From contig NC_043019.1 in the NCBI RefSeq assembly GCF_006345805.1, positions 26,163,360-26,227,359 on the forward strand: a DNA stretch of 64,000 nucleotides, written 5' to 3'. The stretch comes from Octopus sinensis (taxonomy: Eukaryota). A program made the translations under genes and the position numbers. Of the stretch, positions 24,519 to 36,500 are shown piece by piece. Under the pieces are notes generated by a model. It did not search any database. It was given only the letters and a program-made list of their open reading frames with translations, and had not been told where the DNA came from. Every line of letters starts with the position of its first letter. The first letter of the stretch is position 1.

Positions 24519-27500
24519 GTCAGCCCATAAATAATGTCGTTTTTTCAATTGCATGAACCTAAAGTCGGGATAAACTACCTGAACCAACTTGCTGTAAAAG
24601 CAGGTAATAATTTTACCTTGTGCTTACTCTTAGTGCAAGTTTTGAAGAGTGCAGTTCGATTTTAACAGTTATTTTTTCAAAGCTATAATGGAAGTGACAA
24701 AGGAGCATGTTCAGCATATTTTGCTTTATGAGTTCAATAAAAGCAACAATGCAATGGAAAGTGCAAGGAATATTAATGCAGTATATAGGGATCGGACATG
24801 GTGGTTCCAGAAATTCCAAGCTGGAAACTACAGCTTTGTCCTGGAATATCTGTAGTGTTCGATGAGGACATCCTGCAAATCCCGTTTGAACAAAATCCCA
24901 TCATAACTGTTGAGGAACTAGCAGAGAGCTTGGAATTGGTCATTCAACCATTCATCAACAGTTGTGCCGAAATGACCACTTTTGGTTTCAAGACAAAAGG
25001 TGTTCTTCCATCAGGATAATGCTTGGCCACATACAGCAAGGATGACATTCCAAAGGCTGGAGCAGTTTGAATGGGAAATGATGCCCCACCCACCATATTT
25101 GCTGGACATTGCTCCATCTGATTATCATTTATTCCGCAGTCTTCAAAGTCATTTGGATGGAAAAAATATGAATTCTGTAGACAAGGTCAGAACAGTAATG
25201 GACGAGTATTTTTCATCACAGACAAGTGAATTTTGGAAGGGGGGCCTTGTAAGTCTACCAGATAGATGGAAGAACATTGTAGAAAATGAAGGAGAGAATA
25301 TTTTAGATTAAAAAAACTTTGCTTATTTTAATTTTGAAAAAAAAAAAAAAGAAAATTCGTTTATTTATGGGATGACCCAATATACATGATGGGCTTCTTC
25401 CAGTTTCCGTCCACCAAATCCATTCACAAGACTTTGACCAGCTTGGGGATACAGTAGACATTTGCCTAAGGTGCCATGGAGTGGAACTGAACCCAAGACC
25501 ATATGAGTGGAAAGCAAGCTGCTCAACCACACAGCTATGCCTGCACCTACATTGTGGGATGATAATACCACAATGACTGTCATTGGGAAGCAACCCTTCC
25601 CTATACCAGTTAGTTGGCTATGGAGGTGACTAGCACAAACCACACGTTCCTTCTAAATGCTTTTATCACCAACAACACATGGTTCATGGTCTCAAAAATT
25701 TGTCCTATGAAGAAAGGCTGAGGACGCTCGACCTTTATTCTCTTGAAAAATGCCGCCGCCGTGGTGATCTCATTCTCGCCCACAACATCATAAGAGGAAA
25801 GTGTAACCCCTCGAAAGAGCTGTTCTTCACTCCTGCTCCAGAGCGTCGGCTGCGGGGTCATTCCGAAAAGCTCTACCTGCGACGATTTCATCTCAATCGA
25901 AGGAGAGGAGCTTTCTCCGTCCGGGTTGCGGATCCGTGGAACAAGCTGCCAGACGAGATGGTGAAGATGCCGATGGCCGCTTTGTTCAAAGCCTCCCTTG
26001 ACCTCAAGTGGCCTGAACTCTTTACATGAACACCACCCTGTACTTAACTCCATGTCCCCCTACATGGCCTTGCTATTTGCTTTTGAGCCAAATTAACTAA
26101 CTAACTAACTAACTGTTCTGATGAAATCAACAGAGGAAGGTTAAGTAGTGTAAGAGATTAATTTACTCACCTGTCCGTCAAATAACCTTTCACCAGTGGA
26201 CCTGTGTCCTTGGACTCATCTCCTTGGATATCTTTTAGCTTCCCGTTCAATTCTTTGATTTCTACCAGCAGCTTACTGTAAACAAATACAAAATTTACTT
26301 CAGTAAATAACACAGGAATTTAACAAAATTTATAAAACAGGAGCAGAATGTCAATGAGTGGTGGATAGCAGCAATGTGCCATCTACATTTCTGCCTCACA
26401 GTATGTCTATTAGTTTATCAAAGTCATCAGGGTGTGTACACTGCTGTCTTTTAGGGTATCATCATTATTATTACACAGGCAGTGAGCTGGCAGAGTCGTT
26501 AGCACACTGGATGAAATGCATAGCAGTATTTTGCCTGTCGCAACATTGTGAGTTCAAATTCCACTGAGGTCGACTTTGCCTTTCATCCTTTCGGGATTGA
26601 TAAATTAAGTACCAATAAAACAACATGTAATCAATTATCCCCCTCCCCCAAATTTCAGGCCTTGTGCCTATAGTAGTAGAAAGAATTATTATTATTATTA
26701 TTATTACTACTACTACACTGTGTAAGATGATCTTTGTCCTTGGGCAGCAACTGTTCCTATTTGCTTACCACTAGAAAGCAGGAAAAATGGCTAATATTTC
26801 CTTCAAAGTTTGCTTTTGTTACGTTTATTCAAGTACCCCACCAAATCCCTCTCAGCACATGGCTATGATGCTCCCCCACTACTCCTGCTCAGAGATGCAC
26901 ATATTGTCAGCTACCAAGGGACATGCTCAGGTTGTTGAGGTCAAGCAACTGACAAGCAAATCTGTGGTATTGAGCAGAATATTTGCTGTAATGATATTTC
27001 TGCTTGAGCAACTCAGTGCTGAGTCTGCTGGAAATGTAATGGAAAATAGGTCAGTTTCAAAACATTGAATGACCAGATCACAAAAACAAAGTTTGGAGGG
27101 AATAGTAATCATTTGATCTGATTTCTAGATATAAGCAATTAGGAAATAACACTTACTGAACAAAGAGAAAAAGAAATTTGTTTGTGTTATTCTACATATA
27201 ACATACATATGCGCATGAACACACACACAAAGAGTGCCCCAGCATGGTAGTTCAATGAAGGAAGTAATACATAGATCATCAATATTGTCATTTCCACAGT
27301 TTTACATGGGTTGGATGTAGTTTCTTTGAGGCAGATTTTCTACAGTCGGATGCCCTTCCCGTCACCAACCCTCACCTGCTTCCAAGCAAAGTGATATTTC
27401 ACCAAGACCAGGCATGTTCTTGCATGGAATATTGGAATTGAACAACACTGCTTGTATGACAGTGACACTCATTTACAACTATCAGGCAATGTCAAGACAA

Positions 27501-30500
27501 GGACACACATGCACAATTAAATTCTTTCAGTTTCTGTCTACCAAATCGATTTACACAGCCTTGGCCTACCCAGGGATAAGCAGAGGACAACTTGGCCAAA
27601 ATGGTATTGAACCTAGGACCATGTGGTGGCATGGCTGTGCCTATATATATATATATATATATACTCTTTTACTTGTTTCAGTCATGTGACTGTGGCCATG
27701 CTGGAGCACTGCCTTTAGTCGAGCAAATCGACCCCAGGACTTATTCTTTGTAAGCCTAGTACTTATTCTATCGGTCTCTTTTGCTGAACCACTAAGTTAC
27801 AGGAATGTAAACAGACTAGCATCGGTTGTCAAGCGACGTTGGGGGGACAAACACAGACATGCAAACATACACACAATGGGTTTCTTTCAGTTTCCGTCTA
27901 CCAAATCCACTCACAAAGCTTTGGTCGGTCCGAGGCTATAGTAGAAGACACTTGCCCAAAGTGCCACACAGTGGGACTTAACCCGAAACCATGTGGTTGG
28001 TAAGCAAGCTACTTACCACACAGCCTCTCATACGCCTACATATATATATACACACACACACACACACTCACACAAAAAACACACACACATGTCATTATGT
28101 TTCAATAGTTTGAGTCATTGCTAGTGTGTCACAAATCACACAGATCTAGCAATAATCTAGCACACACACACTAAGAGAGAAACACTTACCGGATATGGTC
28201 ACAGATCGTGTGACCAAGTTCTCGAGCGCCATCCAATAGTAATTTGAGCACAGCATTGTGGGTAGCAGAATTGGCTCTAGACAACTGCAGCAACAGATTG
28301 GTGGCATCTTCCAGACCTTCTTCAGAACAAGACTTGGAAGTCAACACCTATTTGAAAATAAGGGAATTGTTTTAAACTACAGGAACATAAACAGCTGCAA
28401 TTTACTAATACTGGTGATCTTCACATGGCTTCAGTCACTGGACGGTAGGTATACCACAACATCCCTTTCAAGGGTTTTAGTCAATCACATCAACCCCAGT
28501 ACTCCATTGAATTTGTACAACGCGTTTTTGTTCAACCCTTGGTTCTGCTATGCCCTACACTCAAACCAATGCACATTTGTAGTTCCCATCTACCAATTTC
28601 ATCCAAGGATTTAATTGATCCAATGTTATGTGCTCAAAGTACTGCACAATAGAACTGAATCTGGAACCATGCAAATGCAACATCAACTTGCTAACACCAT
28701 AGTTTATTAATACTATTTCAATATTCCATCAGTTGGTATAATAGCAATTTTTAAGTTTATCTACAGAATATCTACAGAATTCAAAGCCAGCACTGAAAGT
28801 TACATTTCATTTACAAACATGGGATCTTTTCCGTTTGAATGGCAGTTTTTTCTAGCAGTGTCATATGAAATTGTCACCCATAATTATGACCCTAGTATCG
28901 ATCTATTGCATTACAATCTATTTTGAGTTAGGAGTAGGGGGAAGGGTATCTTTTTTTCTGCACAAACGTAAATAAACCCAATCTGTTTCTTAAACGAGGG
29001 ACATATTCATACGGCACAGAATGTTGTTTACCCCAATGGACGTCAGTGATTGGTTGAAATTGCAGAAATTGAAGAAAAAAAAACAACAAATATCTTACAA
29101 ACTATGGAATTTTCTCAATAAAGCCAAGAGAAAAAGATGTTTTATAAACACATTCTGCCAGTATATGAAGTTTAAAATTTTTTAGTTACCTAGAAATTAT
29201 GTTAAAAACTGCCGTTCAGATCGAAAAGATCCCAAACATGTCTAAATAAACAATGTGATTGAAGACAAAAAATAGGTAATGGGTGTATCTGCATATTTCA
29301 AATGTTATTGCTCTTTCTTTAGTAGCACAACTAACCCTTCAACTATCCACAAATGTATTGCTTGAATACCCACTAAATTTAGTGATGTAACACTATTGCA
29401 CAGATTTACATAATATGTAATTGCAGCCATGGCTGCGTGGTTAGGAAGCTTGCTTCCCAGCTATGGTTTCGGGTTAAGTCCCACCACATGGCACCTTGGG
29501 CATCTGCTATAGCACCGGGGCCAACCAAACCATTGTGATTGAATTTGGTAGGAGGAAGTTACTGCTGCATGTGTATAGGTGCTTGTGCCTCTGAGAGAGA
29601 GAGAGATGGGTAATTAATTTACATGGCACCTGTGTCGGTGGCACATAAAATCACCCACTACACTCTCGAAGTGGTTGGCGTTAGGAAGGGCATCCAGCTG
29701 TAGAAACACTGCCAGATCTGACTGGCCTGGTGCAGCCTTCGGGCTCGCCAGACCCCAGTTGAACCGTCCAACCTATGCTAGCATGGAAAGCGGACGTTAA
29801 ACGATGATGATGATGATCAATAGACAAAAAGGTACAACTAATCACCCTCACACCTGTAACAATTTCTCAGTTTCTGCTGTAATCAGAGAGAGAACGGTGG
29901 CTTTGACCTTTGTCTAGGGAAACCTCTGTAGATTCAATATCTACAAAACAGGAAATTCCAGGTGTTTGTCAGGGGAAGTGTTACATGTAGCTATGAGAAT
30001 AGGGCCTGGTTGGTGAGGATATAGAGCAGTTGTGGGAAAACCACTGCCTGCAGGACACTGAATAGCATGCCTACAAAAAATTAACTTGAACTTTTTTTAC
30101 AGTAGTGCAACCACAACCATGTAGCTCACTTTTCAAAAATGCTTGGTGCAGAGTTGAAAAGTGAAAGCCATGGAAATAGCAGACAAGACAGACTAGAAAC
30201 AATACATCCATGAATTCAGTGGTTGAAGCTTGTGGATGATAGATTAAATCATGGTAAAGTAGTCCAGGACATTCTTTTATATGGGGAGATGGTCAGTAAT
30301 CATCTTGGCTTTCTTTTCTGTCTTCATATGTTAAAACAATTGATTCATCAACAGGTACCATTTTCTCTTAACAGCTGGACCATCATCATTTTGGTCTTTC
30401 TTATACTGTCCTTAATATATTCCAGTTCAAGGAGCGCCCACCTCCTCTGGCAACTAAGGGCCTCTTGCTCGGGATGAAAAGTAGACTATGATGCATGTGT

Positions 30501-33500
30501 GCGAACTGCCATGCTACATGGTAGCGAAATATGGGCCATGATTGCTGAGGACGCGTGTAGGCTTGAAAGAAATGAAGCTAATATGATACGCTGGATGTGT
30601 AAACTTGCTGTGCATATACAACCGAGTGTGAGGACCCTGAGAGAAAAGTTGGACATGGCCGAAGCCAGTGTTGCATGCCCGGCCCATTTAAAAGTACCCT
30701 TGATGCGTCAGGCAATATGATATGCTTGAGAAGACCTGTTGAGTTAAGCAAAACCAAAATCGTAGCTGTAGCCAGTATCTTCTGATTGGCTCTTGTGCCA
30801 GTAGCACATAAAAAGCACCATCCAAATGTGGTTGATGCCAGGGCTGCCTGACTGGCTCCCATGCCAGTGGCACATAAAAAGCACCATCCGAATGTGGTTG
30901 ATGCCATTGCCGCTTGAGTGGCTCCTGTGCCAGTGGCACGTAAAAAGCACCCACTACACTCTCAGAGTGGTTTGCATTAGGAAGGGTATCCAGCTGTAGA
31001 AACATTGCCAGATCAGATCGGAGCCTGGTGCAGCCACTGGCTTGCCAGTCCTCAGTCAAACCGTCCAACCCATGCCAGCATGGAAAGCAGACGTTAAACA
31101 AAGATGATGATGATGATGTCCAATTCCTGACATTATCTATCACCAAAATCCTTAGTTCTCCGTTATTTTTTCATTTGTTTCCCCTTTCAATTAACAATCT
31201 CTGTAAACCAGATTTTCTCTAATCAAGTCTTCAAAATATTTTTTTATTCACCCTTTGAGGGTGTCTATTGCTATACCCATTGACAAAAAATGCAACTACC
31301 CCCCCCCCCCAACCTCCACACAATCACTCACGGCTAGAAGAGAAAGCAATAGAATATGACAAGCTCACTGCTTGACCTCCACTGATTCAGCCATGAAGGA
31401 GCTGAAAACCAAAGTAAATAATAAGTATGTTACCTTAACTGCTAACTGAAGTTGATTTTCTAATATAAGGAGGTTCTTCCATGAATCTTGCAGCTCTTCA
31501 ATCTCTGTCAATGAAAGAAACAACCATGTCATTAAGATTAATAAAAGATATGTAGAGGGGGGATAGGGGGAGGAGGAGGAGGAGATGAAGCCAGAGCAGT
31601 TATTGTGAATCATGTACATGTAATCAAGGGTTTGTGGTACATAGATTGTTGATGAAAGGAGAGAGAGAGAGTTGAGAGAGAAAGTTGAGAGAAAGAGAAA
31701 GTTGAGAGAGAGAGAAAGTTGAGAGAGAGAAAGTTGAGAGAGAGAGAAAGTTGAGAGAAAGAGAAAGTTGAGAGAGAGAAAGTTGAGAGAGAGAGAAAGT
31801 TGAGAGAAAGAGAAAGTTGAGAGAAAGAGAAAGTTGAGAGAAAGAGAAAGTTGAGAGAAAGAGAAAGTTGAGAGAAAGAGAAAGTTGAGAGAAAGAGAAA
31901 GTTGAGAGAGAAAGTTGAGAGAGAGAGAAAGGTGAGAGAGAGAGAAAGGTGAGAGAGAGAGAAAGGTGAGAGAGAGAGAAAGGTGAGAGAGAGAGAAAGG
32001 TGAGAGAGAGAAAGGTGAGAGAGAGAGAAAGGTAAGAGAGAGAAAGGTGAGAGAGAGAAAGGTGAGAGAGAGAAAGGTGAGAGAGAGAAAGGTGAGAGAG
32101 AGAAAGGTGAGAGAGAGAAAGGTGAGAGAGAGAAAGGTGAGAGAGAGAAAGGTGAGAGAGAGAAAGGTGAGAGAGAGAGAGAAAGGTGAGAGTGAGAGAG
32201 AGAGAAAGGTGAGAGAGAAAGATGATAGAGTAGTGAAAAAAATAAAATAAAATGTGAGAACGATAAAGAGGAGTATAAGATAAGGTCAGCCAGTAAATAG
32301 GTTTATTAAGAGAGAGAGAGATATGGTTTAATCCATTTGATACCAACTTCACTGGAGACCACCTGTTCGTTCTAGGATACAAACTTCCAATTTAAAAGCC
32401 TTCCATCAAAGTTCATATACAAAAATGCCAGCTTCATACTGACCAAGATATTATTTTTCACCAATTTGAAAAGCAATTGAAACAAAAGTAGGTTACTTTA
32501 ACAAAAATATGGCACGAAAAGGGTTTTGAGTGGCTGGTTTATGTGGTTGCGACATATTTACATGTGACAACAGTAGTTTGGATAAATCGAATCGAATAAA
32601 ATGCTGTGTGATATTCTGTTAAGAGTCCTCCTTTACATCCTGAGTTGCAAAACAGCTGGAATTTATTCTATCGTGCTTTCATCTCTGGGTATGTCTTTAG
32701 GGTGATTTCACCGACTACACCCAAATGTTTGGCCTTATCTAACTGATGTCAATGTTGAACGATGCCCCTGTTTGACATCAATATATTTTACGGTCAGACA
32801 CAAAGGAAGCAATCATTAATATTTAGTTGATTTTGAACTCTTAACCCTTTAGCATTCAGATTATTCTATCAAATGTAATACAACACATGCCAGAATGGAC
32901 AGCGGATGTTAAATGATGATCATTCATTATCGTGTAGCTTCAAGATTTCAATGATGTGATTATTTTTAGAATGACATTGTAGGGTAGGTGCGAGAAGCCA
33001 CCTCTAGCTATTTTGAGCATAAAACAGATAGAATATATCAGCCAGATATGGCCAGTTTCAATGCTAGAGAGTTAAACTAGCAGAATATTTAAGCTATTAA
33101 ATCCAGGTCAAAATTGATTGAGCAGGTCTATGACCAAAGGTATTCCAGCCATAATCATCCTACCTGTTTAGGGTACACAACACTTCATTTTAAAGGGGAA
33201 AGGATACATCGGATAATGAATTTGAAAGTGATTTGGCAGCTATTTCTAGCAGGTTGGATGACTATATAGAAGCTGCCTCACTGGCTTACATTTTTAATAT
33301 TTCATTGCAGCATTCTGCAACAATAACTAATGGAAGGAAAGAGTAAACATACTTAGGCACACGGACTATGTTGATTTTAAGAGGAACAGGCGTTACCGAA
33401 ATTGAACCCAACTAATTCAGTGTTTGACTGGTTCTTTATTCAATCAACTCCAGAAGGATGAAAAGGGAAGCTTGGTGGGATTTGAACTCAGAATGTAGAA

Positions 33501-36500
33501 AGCCAAAAACAAAAAACAAAAAAAAGCATTTTGCCCTATGCTCTGATGACTCACCAATTAACAGTAAATATAACAAATCATCTGAACAGAGAACATTCAC
33601 TTTTTTCCTATCCCATTCAGGGTCATTATTTAATAAACGGAACTTTATAAGCCACCATAAACTGAGAGAAAACGATTATATTTAACAAGATTAACTGTTT
33701 TGATACCAAACCGTCTAAGACTGCATCTGGCTCTGTAGTACAAAGATCTTATTTTCAAAAGTTTTGAATTAAAATCTTCCACCAAAACTTAATGTAAATT
33801 TATGTTCCTAATACCAGTTTAATAAAAACTGCAGCACGGATTTTTGTCAGTGAACAGGTCGCGGATTTTAGTGACGAAAATATTTTGACAAATTAAACTT
33901 AAATGTTGAAGTGAACCGAACAGCTTTTGTGTGTTTCTTAAATGGCTTATAAACACCTTCCACGCTGCAAAAATAAAGTTATTTTACTAAATTCTTTGTT
34001 TAAAATTAATTGAAGTAATCACAGAGCATCACAACAGAAATATAACAAAAGAGTTAGGATATGTCTAACAGCAGGGTTAACCGTTATTTAGCACTTTAAC
34101 CGACGGTTCATCACAAGCTTCATGCAGCCGCCATATGCACTGCAGCAGGTACATTTTCAGAATTTGAGAAAATTTATTCTGCATCTTTGAGACGGTTTCA
34201 AGGAAATTTAAATAACATTAATGCTAAATATTAAAGATGAATTCTGAAATATTGAAAAAAAATGCCAAAACAATTACATTTCCTTGTAATTAACCCTTTA
34301 GCGTTCAGATTGCTGTTAAATGCAAAGCTTTTTCACTCAACTTGTTTTGAATTAATCATGCATTACCTTATAGCTTTGAGGTTTCAATGACGTGATTGTT
34401 TGTTTTTTAGAATATCAATGTAGGTTAAATATGGCCAGTTTGGATGTAAAACCTGTAGAATATTTGGGCTGGATTAAACACTAAGGAGTTGAACAGTATG
34501 CAGTGTGACCTCACGAAATACATGACGCCACATGTAGGTTCAACTAACAGGATAATGGTGGGTTAGCATGTTAAGAACGGAGTTACTTAAGACATCTACA
34601 AAACCAACAACAATGAAATCATATTGTAATACAATAGCTCAGCATCAAACAGCTAAATGCTTAATCTAAACTGAACAACTCCTCAATACAAAACCTAGCA
34701 ATTAATTAAGTTAAGAACATAATGGAACAAGGTATTTCCTTCTTTATCAGCTAATTTTTCACAAAGACATTTCAAAAGCACAGAAGAGAGCAAAATGGTA
34801 AGTTTTTTTTTTTTTTTTTTTTTACCTGTCTTCTCTGTTATTTCTTCTGCTAAAAGCGTCTTACTGATGGCTTCAGGTAGTGTAGATGTCAATGTAGATA
34901 GATCTGCTTGGTTAGTAACAGCAGGAGAGGTGACATTACCAGCTACAGCAGGGGCACCAGCTATGGATAACGACATTGAGGTAGGGGCAGCTTGCGTAGT
35001 TACCGCTGCACTGACCGGATTCATAGTTGTAGAGACTTCTTGTGGTTTTTGAGCCATTAATTCTGGTAATCCAATTGATACAAGTCCTAACAAACGTAAC
35101 AATCTGTCCGTTAACATTTGACTCGAGTGAATGACAGGATGTGATAGCATTGCCATTAACTGTCCGAGAGGTGAAGATTCAAAATCTGTTACATTGTAGG
35201 TTTCGGTGTCTACACCTGATGTGCTGTGTAATCGCTGTAGACCCTTGCCCTTTCGGTTAGTCAGACCGTCCAGGCGTACTAGAAGGTCCCAAAAGTCTGA
35301 ATCAGGTCGACTGCTTCCACTCGGTTCCTGTTTGTCAGATCGCTCCTTAATACGTGGACTGCTTGGAGTCCCATCAATTTTATCTTTCTGTTTATCAACA
35401 TCATCTTTATCTTTACCATCTTTATCTTTGCCATCTTTATCCTTGTCTGTATCACATTTTGAAACTTCTTTCGCTTTCCTGAGTGGGAGGAACTGACTAG
35501 GAAAGCTCTTTGCTAATGATATTAGAGAGTCCAAGACATGTCTACACACCACAGGAGCGGCTTGATGATGTATAGTCACAGTAGAGTTAGCCAAGTTTGG
35601 ATGTTTCTTCCCAGATCGTTGTATCTGGAAAACATTAGTCCTGCAGCCGAGGGCTGCTTCCAGGCTAATAGACAGCCATGACGCTTGGTTCTTGGTATCT
35701 ACTTTTAAGGCAGCTATGCTGTCAGTTTGCATGGAATGAGACCGTTTCCTCATCGATTTGTCTGTTTTACCTTTTTCACCCACAACACCATCAAATCTTG
35801 TGCAGTTGCTGGTTCGCTGGAGGATTGAGAGGAGGGCCCGTACCACCCAGGCTCGAGTTGGTGCGTGGTAGCAGAGGTTCCGAAAGACACGATGAAGACG
35901 GTTTGTGTTAATTTTAGGTTCATCAAGAAACAGCAGTACAAGCAAACAGGTCAGAGCTTCGTGATCAAGCAGCAGTCGTCCTCGCAGTTTAACAGAATTG
36001 GCATTTAAATTGCTCTGTCCAGGACGGTTTCCACTCCAACACCATTGGTTACCACTGCGCGGGGCAGCTCGAATTGCATAGCGTGTACCCAATCTTCCAG
36101 CAAGACCTGTAGAGAAATAAGAACATTTCAGAATAATGATAGCTTAGGGGACGTGAATTACTGCTACAAGCAGACTTAGAGAAAATAAAAACAAAACTGC
36201 TTAAAGTCTCTTCTATTGTGAAACAAAGAAATAAATTAAGGGTCAAATTGACCCCAAAGTTCAGAGTCAATTTGATGTTTTCCTCTCACTCCATATCTTA
36301 ATGTTTGGTGGGGAGAGACTATATCAGAAAATTCTGAGACAATTGCAAGGAAATAAATACAAAAAAATAACTCAAAGACTATAAGAACAGCTGAAACTGG
36401 TCCAACAAGACAATGAAAAGGACTCTTGAATCTAAAATATATTTTAGAGTAATAAGAATGGTACTCCAGAGGAGAGTAAGAACATAATTGGCTTCTTTGT

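Noticed and set aside
31624-32382. 252-aa LSLSH-rich and RERKV-repeat ORFs
   Set aside because: Product of the GA minisatellite; no splice or start context.
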